From NCBI GenBank assembly GCA_026025075.1, contig JAPEUI010000038.1, positions 62,001 through 126,000 of the forward strand: a stretch of DNA of 64,000 bases, given 5' to 3'. The stretch is from Vezdaea acicularis (taxonomy: Eukaryota). The notes under the pieces are model-generated. The model searched no databases. It had not been told where the DNA came from and was given only the letters and a program-made list of their open reading frames with translations. Shown one piece after another: positions 10,701 to 22,386 of the stretch. Made by a program: the position numbers and the translations under genes. Numbering within the stretch: the stretch's first letter is position 1; the number at the start of each line of letters is the position of its first letter.

Positions 10701-11792
10701 TTGATACTTCGTTCAGCCTTGCCTACGTCCCTGCCCACGGTCGCTTGAGCTTTGCGCGCTTCCTCAAGATCCCTTTCGTATTTTTCCACTCCTCGTCGAT
10801 ACTCTTTGAGCTCCTCTTGGTGCTTTTTGATTTCATCGCTGGATTCTTCCATCACGCGCTGAAAATGGTATAGCTTCCAGAGAATTTGATTGACGATGGC
10901 TTGATCCCTTTCGTCAGTCTTCTTGGCATAATTCTCGGCCTCTCGCTTTTGCTCTTGATATTGCTTGATTTCAGAATTGATCCCTCGACGTTGGTTAAGC
11001 TTATAGCCTTGTTGTTCATTCGCCTGCTCCTTTGCCTCCCTAAGCCTTTCGTACTCAGCTTTGAGGTCCAGACTCCCGGAAATTTGTTCTATCAGGCGAG
11101 TAAGATCTCGAGGAGACTGCGACGCTATCGCTTCCACATCTCCTTGGAACACAAGGAAGTTCCTCGCTTTGATTAAGATGTTTTCCTGCTCCAGAGCCTC
11201 ATTGTACTGCACTGCAGTCACGACGCGATTGTTAATCCGATATTCACTGGCCCCTTGGTTCGTGATCGATCTCTTCCAAGTTTGCTCATCGCCAGCGTCA
11301 TCTTCGTAGACTGCCATCACCCATGCGCTCTTAGGATCGTTGCGCTCGGACTGACTCCGCTGAGTACCATTCTGCATTTGCTCCCCCTCCGAGTCAACAT
11401 TCCCATTGGTGTGTCCATTAGTTGTAGGTAATGTAGCAGAGCCATCTTCATTTATAGTCGATGTTCGCAGAACACGCCCCCGGTATACCAGATCGCGAAG
11501 GTGAGTAGATCGTAGGTGAGAAGACTTGATACCAAGGACGAAGGAAATCGCGTCCATGCTGTAGTAAAAGTCAGCGATCTGTGTTACTAATTTAAGATGC
11601 CGATAGCTTACGAATTAGACTTGCCTGAGCCATTTGGGCCAATGATGGACGTGAAGTAAGAATCGCCGAAGAGAAGTGTGTGATGGCCCTTATAAGACTT
11701 GAAATCTAATCAGAGATGTGAGCCGCCATATCTGGATAAAGTAATGCCAAGGAAAACACACTATAGAGCTCAAGGCGAATGAGTTTCCCCAT
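7704..11792 (-). CDS. SMC1: Cohesin subunit SMC1
   Basis: Starts MGKLIRLELY|NFKSY; Walker A GPNGSGKS, coiled coils, hinge (GGLMTGG), signature LSGGEK, Walker B FFVLDEVDAALD; final exon LRKYQ-TAA at 7704; five introns. Confidence 0.97.
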
Positions 11793-11982
11793 GGCAGATT
11801 ATCAGAGCGCGGGGTTGATCTTGCGATCGGACGCGCGCTCAATCGCCGAGTTCAGGATTCACGGGTGAGAGCGTAGTAATATCAGATCGGCGTAGCATTA
11901 GCGCGTCATGTAATTTGAGGGCAATTAGATGGCTTGAAGGCCCGCATTGCGCGTCATGGTTGTGCTCTTCTCAACCTACGGA

Positions 11983-12039
11983 ACGCGTCCAGCTACCAAA
12001 AAATCCCACTTTGGGTTTCGCGAAAATTGTGCACGTGAC
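11983..12039. promoter_or_regulatory. SMC1/ATP16 divergent promoter motifs: MCB ACGCGT, TTTCGCGAAA palindrome, CACGTGAC
   Basis: ACGCGT 11983-11988, TTTCGCGAAA 12016-12025, CACGTGAC 12032-12039; MCB boxes upstream of cohesin genes are expected in ascomycetes. Confidence 0.55.
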
Positions 12040-12155
12040 TTTTGGGGGAACGCCAAGACGTCCGTAACGACTGAACAAACCTTCTGAGTCTTGCAATCCG
12101 GAGAGCTCCCAACACTACCGAGAGCCCAATTGGAATCTTTACATCCGTCACAGAG

Positions 12156-12961
12156 ATGAATTCACTAAGGGCGCTACGGACAGCTTCGCGGCTCTCATCA
12201 GCCGCTGCAGTGCGAGCTCCGTTGCAGAGAAGAGGCTACGCAGAAGCAATTCCTGACAAGATCAAGCTGTCGCTAGCTCTTCCTCATCAGGTGCGTCTCT
12301 TCTTGGATATGCCATCGAAAAATGCTAATTATAGAATTCGGTAGTCTGTTTACAAGTCTACCGATGTGTAAGGTGAAATCCGAATGTTGCCGATGGATCA
12401 GTGATACTGATTGTATTGGCAAACGAACAGTGTACAAGTAAACATCCCGGCCGAGTCAGGCGAAATGGGTGTCCTAGCAAACCATGTTCCGTCGATTGAG
12501 CAGCTGAAGCCAGGCTTAGTCGAAGTGATCGAGGAGAGCGGTGGGAGCAAGCAGTTCTTTCGTACGCCTTGATCTCGCCTTAGGCATAGCTGACCCTGGA
12601 CATGTTACTGATTCTTCAATAATTGGCGCAGTCTCTGGTGGATTTGCTATTGTGCAGCCAGGCTCTCAGCTAAGCATAAATGCTGTCGAGGGGTTCCCTC
12701 TAGAAGATTTCAGCGCAGACGTGAGTTCAGTGTAATGATGGTTAGCGATCATCGGGCGGGTATCTGACCTAAGCCAACAGGCTGTACGATCTCAGATCTC
12801 TGAGGCACAGAAGATTGCTGGAGGTAGTGGAAGCGAACAAGATATAGCAGAGGCTAAGATTGAACTAGAAGTATGGCACATTGAAATCTAAAGAGATCAC
12901 TATCTATGCGATGCTAATTCTTATCTAGGTTTTGGAAAGTTTGCAGGCGGCGCTCAAGTGA
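12156..12961 (+). CDS. ATP16: Mitochondrial ATP synthase F1 delta subunit
   Basis: Presequence MNSLRALRTASRL, KIKLSLALPHQ, VQVNIPAESGEMGVLANHVPSIEQLKPG, SGGFA, ending LESLQAALK-TGA; five introns including a 23-nt exon at 12345-12367. Confidence 0.96.
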
Positions 12962-13316
12962 TCACGGGGATGTTCGCACAGGGGGCGTTCTGTACAAATG
13001 ACCGCGGCTTCCGCATTTGTAGCATAGTCTCATAGATCTTATTCTGCGAGTAGCGCACAAGTACTCCTTCTATATCGAGCAAGCATCTACCTATGGCGTG
13101 TGTAGCTCTGCTCTACTTCTCACTTCCCACTAACATCTGCACTTTTGTTGACTTTAACATTGGGTAGGATATCTTTTTGCCCTTGCTTAGGTTTATCTCT
13201 TATCCTTATGCCGGTTCAACAATGTCTCAAGAGGGGGCTTAAATCATTAGCCTTCACTTCCACCTTCTTGGGGTTTCTTCTCAGCAGGCTGGCACATATG
13301 TATTCAGACATGCGCT

Positions 13317-15440
13317 ATGGTTAAATCTTTTCAAACGTCTATTTCTCAGGCTGAGTTTGCAAAACTAGGCACAGTAGCCTCTCGAGTCGCTCAATATTCT
13401 CAGGCATCTGTAGAGGCAACATCAGAGAAGTCTCGGCCTCGATCACGAATACTTCGGACAATCAAAGCCATCAGGGACTCATCGAATAAGGCTCCTGAGC
13501 TAAACACGCGATCGGGTTATGGGAGACGTAAAGACGCCAGTTTCGCATCTCCTGCTGCAAGAACGTTGCACGAATATGGTAGCACAGATGAGGCGTATCG
13601 TAGAGATAAGTCTTGGGAGTATAAAAAGAAGGGGGTATATCGACACCAACTTTCATCGCCTGGACTCGTCAGAAATAAGCCTTCTGTCTTTCTTGAAGGA
13701 CCCGAAAACGGGACCAGGACATCTCTAAGATCGCATCCTTTGGATGAAGAAGCTAAACTCCAGGCACGACATTCGACTACAGGCAATGTTCGTTGCAACC
13801 TTGTCACTGCTGAAAATAGAATACCTGACTTTGGTACCAATGAAGCCTATGGATGGGCTGGGGAATCTTTGCGTTCTTGTGCCTCAACTGTTATGATAGA
13901 CCCGAACGCGAAGAATACGGGTCATCGAGACGAGGGCAGCTATCTCACATATGCTGGCTTCAATTTCCCATTGCCTCCCAGAGGTTTAAAAGTGAGCAAG
14001 AGTCTTTCACTCCTACGGAATAAGAGCCAAGATCCGTCAATGTACCGACAGACTAAGTCGCACGATGAAGCGCGATTAGAAGAGCAGCAATGGCGCCTTA
14101 GAGAAATCGATATACATTACACTCCTATAGCAGGCGGCGGCTTCACAGAACAAGATCTTGAAGACGACTACAGGACAATCTTCTGTAGTGCCGATGACGA
14201 TAATTCTTCTAGTTCGACAAATGATTATTCCTCTAGCAACTCGAAATGGCCAAGGCTCCGACATTGTAGGCCAATAAATGGCCAGCAGCCCAGGTTCATG
14301 CTAGAGGATGGAGATTTAGATGACCTTGAAAATCTGGCTCTAACAGACCAGCCAAGGGTAGAGGATGATGCACCTCTGGGCACCGAAAAGGCTTTCCTTA
14401 ACCATCTGGAAGTTGGTCAGCTACTGGCGCCAACTTTGTCAGAATATCAGAGAGCTTCGTGCACTCATAATGGGGCCGATTCTCTTGGCAGAACTATTGA
14501 ATCTCGCAGCAAAGCTTCTAAGCGTGATCATCGAAAGTTTAGCCGGAGCACAATTGACGACTATCTCGAAAAGAACTATTCAAATGCTTACGGTTCAGAT
14601 TTTACCACATCTGATACCCTCGACGAACGGCCAGAGATGTTTGAAGACTTCTCGGACGATATGGTATCGGGCGGTAACCAACTTGCTGAAGCCAATCGTG
14701 GAGCTTACGCCAGTCAAGCCTCGAGAGATTCCAACAGCGTCACTGACAAGACGCTGTCTCGAAGACGGCTGAAGCGAACCTCTAAGCGGCCTGCCACCCC
14801 CTTTATGCTCCCTGCTATGCCGCTTTACAATTTCAAGGGTTTCACACAGAACAGAGAGCAAATTCCATCTCCGGAATCAAGCAGAGCCCCTGGCTCCCGC
14901 GGCCCTCTCTTCGTCTCAACTACGCCCCTGAATAGCCCCCCAACCAACCGCAGCCCAAGCAGATGGTCCGCTAAATCCTCGCCGGATCAGTTCGAGACCC
15001 CCAACTCGGCCGAGAAGCCAGACTGGTTTACACGGCTCAACCGCCCGGTCGTCTCCTGGACATTTGAGGACAAATGGCGCATGCGGCGACGCAGCTCACA
15101 GCCCTCTCTCTCGCGATACTCGCCGCCCAAAGGTATAGCACACTTGACGCCGACCGCGAAGAGAAGAATGCCGGATGTTAGCGAGGCACATTCCGTGCAT
15201 GAGCTTGATACGATCTTTGTGCATCCGTCCATGGCTAGGCCATCTTTGGATGAAAATATGAATAGGTGGAGGGAACTGGGAGGAGGTTCGGGCGAGGCGC
15301 CGAAGTCGGCTACAGATACGCCCTGGGATACGAGGATTAGGGGTTTGAATGTTGTTGTGTATTTTGAAGGCGGGGAGGAGGTCAGTGTTCGCGCGGAGGT
15401 TGGGAAGAAGAGTTGGCCTGGTAGTCCAACGCGGCAGTGA
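13317..15440 (+). CDS. Hypothetical protein, 707 aa, largely low-complexity/disordered
   Basis: Long intronless ATG ORF; S/R/P-rich; short beta-strand-like C-terminal motif IRGLNVVVYFEGGEEVSVRAEV; no recognised domain. Confidence 0.7.
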   Translation: MVKSFQTSISQAEFAKLGTVASRVAQYSQASVEATSEKSRPRSRILRTIKAIRDSSNKAPELNTRSGYGRRKDASFASPAARTLHEYGSTDEAYRRDKSWEYKKKGVYRHQLSSPGLVRNKPSVFLEGPENGTRTSLRSHPLDEEAKLQARHSTTGNVRCNLVTAENRIPDFGTNEAYGWAGESLRSCASTVMIDPNAKNTGHRDEGSYLTYAGFNFPLPPRGLKVSKSLSLLRNKSQDPSMYRQTKSHDEARLEEQQWRLREIDIHYTPIAGGGFTEQDLEDDYRTIFCSADDDNSSSSTNDYSSSNSKWPRLRHCRPINGQQPRFMLEDGDLDDLENLALTDQPRVEDDAPLGTEKAFLNHLEVGQLLAPTLSEYQRASCTHNGADSLGRTIESRSKASKRDHRKFSRSTIDDYLEKNYSNAYGSDFTTSDTLDERPEMFEDFSDDMVSGGNQLAEANRGAYASQASRDSNSVTDKTLSRRRLKRTSKRPATPFMLPAMPLYNFKGFTQNREQIPSPESSRAPGSRGPLFVSTTPLNSPPTNRSPSRWSAKSSPDQFETPNSAEKPDWFTRLNRPVVSWTFEDKWRMRRRSSQPSLSRYSPPKGIAHLTPTAKRRMPDVSEAHSVHELDTIFVHPSMARPSLDENMNRWRELGGGSGEAPKSATDTPWDTRIRGLNVVVYFEGGEEVSVRAEVGKKSWPGSPTRQ

Positions 15441-15746
15441 CAAATTATGGGGATAAGATGCGCCGGACTAACGGTTGCGGTACATTCTTGCCGTTAGCTT
15501 CTTTGCGCTCAAGTGGTTTTGCATTACGAAGAGGTAGATGTTCTTTATTGGGTACAGTACTATGTCTTCATCGCCCCTAAGGCGTCTAGTGAGCGTTCTT
15601 ATCGACTCTAGCCTCTATACTCTAGTACGCTGCAACATTCGCGCTGGTTAATGATAGCTGACCCACCCACGAACACCACTCATTCCAACCATAGCCACAG
15701 ATAATACAAGAAAGTAAACCCCCCAAACCGTACCGTAGTGCTGCGT

Positions 15747-16983
15747 TCAAGCAGCGCCAAGCCCCGCAACAAGTCTCTCCCGCCAAACCGCGCAGACTTC
15801 CTCGAAACCGTCGACGACGTCCCCGCATACGGCCTTGCATTCGCGCTCTTGGAGCCTCCGGCTCCAGTCGCCCCGCTCGATCCACCGTACGCCTTCTTCC
15901 CGCTCATCTGATTCGCGCCTGATCTCTCGCACGAGCTCTGTCGCGGCCTTGAGGCGCCGTGAGGCGGTGTTAGTCGTCTGCCGGCTCATGTGCAGGCTAT
16001 CCGATAGTACGGACAGCGTTGAAATGAGCTCTGTTGTCATGGCGGAAAGGGCAGAGAGGGAAGGAAGAACGGTAGGGGAAGGCGAGGGGATGAGGGTGGC
16101 GGTAGTTGATAGGATGGGGAGAAGCTCGTCGATGAGGTCTGGGTCTAGGGAATAGGAGAGAGGCGAGAATATCGAGAAGGTTAGAGATTGGAGCGTCCGT
16201 GTCTGGTGGGAGAGGTGCAAGCTTAATGAGTTATGCGCAGTCACGAGTCTTGTACGACGATAGGTCAGTCTTTACTTTTCGTAATGCATGATCCGGGGGT
16301 TTAAATTGCACGTACCGAGTGGTGCCGCTTTCTACTCCAGCTTGCCCGCCCAGATCTTTCAAATACTCTACAACTCTCTTGACTACTCCATCACTAGCCT
16401 CTAATCCTGAATCGCCAGTTCCTTGCCGCGCCAAGCTTTCAACTACTGATAACCGCGCTTCTAAACCAGGAGACATTCCTGCACTTTCAAAATCCGAATC
16501 TTCTCCATAGTCTGATCCGTCATAATCGGACGCTTTCCTTCGATGCTTTCCCCGCGGGTTGTCTTGTGAAGGAGAGAGCGCTGACGAGGGTTTCGTAGCA
16601 GCCAGGGCAGGTGACGATGCGACGTCAATGCCACTATCTCGTGTATTCTCCATATTCGATGCCCGCTGTGCGGGTAGCTCATCAGCACAATTCTCGTGGT
16701 ACTCCACCTCCTCTTCGTCCTCATCCCAGGCCTCTGCAAGCTCGTCGGCTAAGTTGCCTAAACCATTATCTCCACCTCCAAAGTCCAGACCGCTTGACAT
16801 GCTGTAGCTGTTAGAGAGCCCTTGGGGTGTAAGAGGCGATTGAAGAGAAGATTTTCGACTATGTGATATCTGGCGAGGGCTTGCGGTTGCTGAGGTGGGG
16901 CTTGGTGTAGACAATTCGATGTTGATGCTCGACGGCCGACGCCGGTGGGTTGGAGTTCGTGGCGAGGAAGGCATTGTTGTCAT
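15747..16983 (-). CDS. Conserved fungal hypothetical protein (two exons, coiled-coil C-terminus)
   Basis: ORFs 16231-16983 and 15747-16244 join through a gtacgt...aag intron (ESGTTR|LVTAHNSL); motifs GLGNLADELA, YDGSDYG, CGDVVDGFEEVC. Confidence 0.8.
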
Positions 16984-17713
16984 GAGCCTCCGTCTGAGTC
17001 TGGATAGCCTTTTTACGCCCTGTTGGTACTACTGGCTGAGAGTGAAGATATAGGGGGCCCAGCAAGTCAACATCCAACATGTCGATCAAGATCCTTTGGC
17101 GCAAAAGGAGGTTGCCGCAACTTTCCCGGTCAACACTTCAACACTATGATTAAACCGCAAGCTGTCCAGGGTATAGGGGACCAAGACTATGTTCTTAATC
17201 ATAGGTCTAGCTGCCAGGTAATGTTTCCCTTCACTACCAGTGTTGATAGGCGCTATGGCCGCTAGCTGGCCAATGAGCCACTCTTGAAGTTCTGTGTTCC
17301 AGGTTTATCCTATGGCTCGTGCTGGTACCCCTGCGGCCTTCGTATGCTCCAGCACATGAATTTGGTAAGAATGAAGAGAAAATGATAACAAAATCGAAAG
17401 CGGATGTCCGCTGTAGGAGCGCTCTAGTCGAGAAGTCGGATGATAAATCGTAATGAGACGAACATAACCTCCACGAGGGGACCTAGCGAGTTGAGCTAGG
17501 TAAGAAGCAAAGGATTTGTGCAGCTGATGGTAAACCCTAGATTTATGTACCGGCGTGCATCGTAAGGAATGCTGTCAGATCCCATTCCTGATCTCGCGTG
17601 AAATTTCCTTGCGCAATCGGAAATGGCGCTTATCGAGGCAATGGGGAACCGTAGACGCCTCGACCTCTAACGCTTACTCTACTGGAGGTCGATGCAAGCA
17701 TTCACCACTCACA

Positions 17714-18425
17714 ATGTCCTCAGTGCGGCCATTCGCCGCGACAGACATCTTCAAGTTCAACCCTACAAACCTCGATCCTCTCACCGAGACCTATGGCATA
17801 GACTTCTACTTCGAATACCTCGCCCGATGGCCCACGATGTTCAACTGCATCGAGGGGCACGACGGCAAGATTGACGCCTACAGTAACCGTCCCATTTCCC
17901 CCTAAATCCTTTTCCGCAACAACCAAACCAAAAAGAGGCCTAGACTCACCATGCATTGATCGCAGTCATGGGCAAAGTCGAATCCTCCCCGCCGCATATG
18001 TTGTCTAGTCCCAACGCCCTTCCCTGGCATGGACATATCACGGCCCTCACCGTAGCTCCGAACGCACGCCGGTTGGGGCTGGCGAGGAAGCTGACAGAGA
18101 GCTTGGAGGCGGCGGCGGAGGCTCAGAACGCCTGGTTCGTGGATTTGTATGTGAGGGCAAGCAATACCGTCGCAGTCGAGATGTACAAGAAGATGGGGTG
18201 AGGAGCTCCACTAGCATTTCGACGTCGGATGTGAAAAGCTCAGAATGCAGCAGATACAGCATTTATCGGCGTGTGGTGGGCTACTACAATGACGATCCGA
18301 CGGGGCGGAGTACCGAGGGAGAGGATGCTTTCGACATGCGAAAGCCGCTGAGCCGGGACAAGTCGAGGAAGTATATCCGGGAGAACGGGGAGGACTTTAA
18401 GGTCAATCCGGAAGACGTTTGGTGA
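17714..18425 (+). CDS. NAT3: NatB N-terminal acetyltransferase catalytic subunit (NAA20)
   Basis: NLDPLTETY, WHGHITALTVAP, RRLGLA, FVDLYVRASN, YRRVVGYY, EDAFDMRKPLSRD; two introns. Confidence 0.96.
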
Positions 18426-18660
18426 GATTTGGTGCGTGTGCCGAGAAAGCGATCGCTCTGTGAACGGCCGATTTTTACACGGTGTTCTAACTAATGCTCT
18501 GATCAAGATTCTTTTATATAACTAGATTAGAGATGTAACCAATGACCGTCGGGTATAAAAATGCTATGCACTGCTAAAGCCAGAAATGCCATGCAGATAG
18601 GGACGTGGCTGCCACTTTTAATACGCCAAATATGCTCCATTACCTAACTCCGCACCTGGC

Positions 18661-21093
18661 TTAGAACTCTGCCAGAGCATCCTGCCCTTCGACCGCCTCT
18701 CTCTGATCTAAATCTCCGTCTTCAACGATACTATCTTCAGTTCCGCTTGCTGTACCACTACCTGCGTGGTCGTCGTGGTCCTCAATATCAAAGTCATCGA
18801 GAAACACTCGACTCTGCCTGCCTAGCTCGCTAACGATGCTTGTGCTGCTACGACGAAGTGGTGAGATGACTTCGTCAATGCCGTGTTCTGGCAATGATGG
18901 GTTCGATACCGAATGCCTTTCATGTGGCCCGGCAGTGGGCGAAGACCTGCCACTCACTTTTTGCCATAGGGAGCCTATGCGGCTTCGCAGGCCAGGCGAC
19001 TCAGCACGAGGCGTTAGAGCATTATTATAAGGTTGAGGCGCTGCAAGGTTGGTTGTTGTGAGTGGTTGGATGTTCTTCCGCACTGGAGCAGATGCCGCTT
19101 GCTTTTTGCTGATTTCCAGAAGCTGTTGAAGGTCGTCTTCTGAGAGTATGCCACGAAGACCGCTTGCGTTAGAAAGTGGTCGGGCATTACGCCTCCCTTC
19201 GTCGATAAGCCGCTCGATTTTGATCCTGTTAGCGATGAACTTGAGAGTCGGAAAGGTCGATTGCTGGCCTGCATGGAGCATGCGCGCAAGGCGTTGTGGA
19301 GACGGGTCAGAGAGGATATAGATAAAATCAGATGGTACTGATTTCGGCCAGATGGTGATGGTACCATTAAAACGCTGAAGCCATATCTCTGACCAGTCTT
19401 GTCCCATAGGGCGAGGGAGAAGCTCTAAGTGCCGTAGTACCTTAAGCCACTTGGTTAGGTCTAGCTTGAGATACTGCTCGATGGCACTACCAAGGAACCC
19501 CCCTCGCCACCCACGCCCTCGCCTGTGTGTTACTGGTCGGCCAACGCTTCCCCGCGAAGAGAAAAAGAACAAGTTTATATGAGGATTAACTTGGGAAACG
19601 ATAGAAAATGTGACGTTAAAATGTAGATTGAGAGCTTTCAGCGGAATGTCGGTTCGCAGAGAACCGTCCTTCCATTTGTGACCAAAAGAATACGGTGCTA
19701 GCCCACGATCAGGTCCCTTTTTCATCATCAAAACAATTGGATTTAGTATCCCAGGGACTGCAGCAGAAGCTAGAACAGCAGACCAGATGACGCAATCTGG
19801 TGCGGTAAGGTAGTTCATTAAAATAGTAGGGGAATGAGGGTCCGAAGGTATGCAAGTTACGTTGAGGATTCGTCCGGTTCGCTCGAAAGCTTCGCGGAAT
19901 GTCATGCTCCCCCTCGTGAACCAACCGCTTTTGCGAGCCCAATCTATAGAATCGAACCGGGCGCCAGTCCGCCACCAGCGACGAGCCCAGGTTGGAAAGT
20001 CGTCTGCGCAGGCTTTGATACGACCAGCAAGAGCCGGTACCAGCAAAGCCTTAAGCTCGTCATCCGTATGGGTGCAGGCGAGAGCGGCGATCAGAGCTCC
20101 TCCAGAGGTCCCTGTTATGACTTCAGGGAGGAGAGCCGCGTCTAACAGCGCTTTGACAACCCCGAAATGATAATAAGCAAAAGTCGCACCGCCAGACAGG
20201 CATAGTGCAGTGCGACCAAAATTTGTAGATAGGTGCTTGAACATGGTTCTTTTCGAGTCTCGTGTGAGCTGTTGGGTATCTCTCAACAGGATCAGGCTCT
20301 TCTCGACTTCATCCGTAAAAGCCTGAACCAAATCCTTTGTGCCATAATAGGTTTGGCTATAAAGTCGAGGATTCTCTACTCCAACAAAGTTACTCTTGAC
20401 TGCAGCCTCAACGAGACTCCTGAGCTCATCTGCCACATTATGGCCCTCTGTTCCGTTTTGATATTCGCCATTCTCGATCACTTCGGCCCGCAACCTTGCC
20501 TTCTCCATCTGCTCTTTGACGCGACGAACGGTTCCGTGGTCATAAGATTCATCGGTTGATCTCCAAGCATCGTTACCCAAATAGGCGTCCAGTTCTTTAG
20601 CTGCTTTGATCCAGTCTGCATAATTTGAAGCTCCTTGCAAGTTTCGGCGTAGATGTTCCCGGCGTCCTCGCCATGTGAAGAACTGCTCGTATATGAAGAT
20701 ATAAAACCTTGTGATCAAGTATAGAGCACCTAGAGCAATGATCCACCATAGTACGGACAGCAAGAGAGGCCATCTCAATAGGTTATAGACAAATCCTTCG
20801 CGAGTTTCGTCCTTCCCTCTTTGCATTGGCCGACGTTTCCGAGATGTACCTTTCCGCTTGCCACGTACTCGCTGATGGACCGGACGCCAGTCATTTAGTG
20901 CTGTGATGAAGATTGATGATTGTGTTCCTGTGAGATCCTCGGTGAATTGGTCTGGGGCAGACAGTGCTTTGGCAAATTCCTCAATATCTTCCTCGGGGAT
21001 GAATTCTGTGTCGAAATCGGGCAAGAGCGAAGTATCGTAGCCTTCATTCGCGAAGGGCGACGGACCGTCCGTGCTCTTTTTTGCGTCTGCCAT
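18661..21093 (-). CDS. Patatin-like phospholipase/triacylglycerol lipase (TGL3/4/5-related)
   Basis: 810 aa; LCLSGGA oxyanion loop, GTSGG nucleophile, WKDGSL catalytic Asp, N-terminal hydrophobic helix. Confidence 0.93.
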   Translation of the reverse strand: MADAKKSTDGPSPFANEGYDTSLLPDFDTEFIPEEDIEEFAKALSAPDQFTEDLTGTQSSIFITALNDWRPVHQRVRGKRKGTSRKRRPMQRGKDETREGFVYNLLRWPLLLSVLWWIIALGALYLITRFYIFIYEQFFTWRGRREHLRRNLQGASNYADWIKAAKELDAYLGNDAWRSTDESYDHGTVRRVKEQMEKARLRAEVIENGEYQNGTEGHNVADELRSLVEAAVKSNFVGVENPRLYSQTYYGTKDLVQAFTDEVEKSLILLRDTQQLTRDSKRTMFKHLSTNFGRTALCLSGGATFAYYHFGVVKALLDAALLPEVITGTSGGALIAALACTHTDDELKALLVPALAGRIKACADDFPTWARRWWRTGARFDSIDWARKSGWFTRGSMTFREAFERTGRILNVTCIPSDPHSPTILMNYLTAPDCVIWSAVLASAAVPGILNPIVLMMKKGPDRGLAPYSFGHKWKDGSLRTDIPLKALNLHFNVTFSIVSQVNPHINLFFFSSRGSVGRPVTHRRGRGWRGGFLGSAIEQYLKLDLTKWLKVLRHLELLPRPMGQDWSEIWLQRFNGTITIWPKSVPSDFIYILSDPSPQRLARMLHAGQQSTFPTLKFIANRIKIERLIDEGRRNARPLSNASGLRGILSEDDLQQLLEISKKQAASAPVRKNIQPLTTTNLAAPQPYNNALTPRAESPGLRSRIGSLWQKVSGRSSPTAGPHERHSVSNPSLPEHGIDEVISPLRRSSTSIVSELGRQSRVFLDDFDIEDHDDHAGSGTASGTEDSIVEDGDLDQREAVEGQDALAEF

Positions 21094-21401
21094 GGTCTGA
21101 GAGACCCTTTATCTAAGCATGGTAGTCTTATGAGTCCGCCTGCGGATAGAAGCAATTACATTTCTCCAACACACGATCAATAATGGGGTCATTGAGGTAC
21201 TTGCTGCGGTAGTAACTCGCTAATCTGGAATTGCGTCATACCTAGATCGGACTTGAGAACCGAAGTACATACACTGTAGTGAAGAACAGAAAGGCAGCAA
21301 TTACGATCGGTCCAGAGAACTCTATTCAGACAAGATGAGGTTTTTATTTAATTTTTACTAAGCTAGCGTGGCTTCCCCCATACAATGCTAACCAAACGCT
21401 G

Positions 21402-22386
21402 TCATATGATTAACCGCCCAGGCTCAACCTCTATTACTGTTTTGACTCTCTCTAGAAAGACCCGACCTCTTATTTCTTCGCCCTTTGGAACCGTTACTGT
21501 GAAAACGTTAGTCGCTGGCACAGTTTCATCCACAATGCCTCCTCTTGGGCTTGATGTAGTGTTCCTGCGTGTAGGTGATTTGCGAGCCAGAATATCTATA
21601 ATGTCGATTTTTGGTATCGCCCGGGACCCGATGGTCGCCTTTGGTAAGGCTACAAGCTGTGGTATAAAGTTTCCCCTAGGAGACCTCGAAATTTTGTTTA
21701 GGCCCAATACTTGGTTGAAAAGCTCATCCGAAGTTGGTGAGTGCTTCGAACGAGGTAAATCGTCATTGGCGAGCTCGGTAGCTCGTGCAATGAATGTTGC
21801 AAGTGGCAAATGAATCCCCAAAGAGTCCTGTATGCGCTTCTGAACTTTTAGAGCTGAATCGAACGAGATTGAGACTGCGATTTCGCTGTCCGGCTCTTCG
21901 GTGGGTATAGGTGCAGCCGGGGTTGCCCGATCGGCCTCTTTGGCCTTTGCTTTTGCTTTTGCTGGGGCAACTTTTATATTGGTGAGATCAAGGTGAGAGA
22001 GCTTTGAGATGCGGCCAGAGAGGTCTGAAGGGTATGAGGATTGTATCGATCCTAGATAGGCTAGGACGTCCCCTTTCAGAAGACGACCCTGAGGACCCGA
22101 CGCGGGTATCTTGTCGGCCTCTGAGTCCGGAAGCCCATTCTCATGGAGCAGATGTTGCACTGACGGCATGAGTGGAAACGACTGCTTGGATGCTTTAGCT
22201 GACGGTGTTGATGCCTCTTCTGAAGCTGTTGCACTCGTCCGAAACCCTACTTGACGAAGTTGTAAGCTTTCATACTCTCGCAGAAACCCGGACGAAAGAG
22301 CAATCACCTCTCGTAGTCTTCAATTGCCGTGATGAGACGCAGGCTAGTCGGGCAGATGCCCGACAGGTAGCTCCAAACGACGTCAT
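21402..22386 (-). CDS. PDX1: Pyruvate dehydrogenase E3-binding protein (protein X), without a lipoyl domain
   Basis: Exon 1 22386-22308 (presequence MTSFGATCRASARL), 61-nt intron 22307-22247, then E3-binding domain PSVQHLL...IPASGPQGRLLKGDVLAYLG and fungal core-binding domain (LATFIARATELANDDLP, FLERVKTVIEVEPGRLII); 307 aa. Confidence 0.88.

Noticed and set aside
12721..12780. C/D-box-like motifs in an ATP16 intron
   Set aside because: Imperfect C box, and a ~60-nt intron is too short to host a snoRNA; CTGAC is the branch point.
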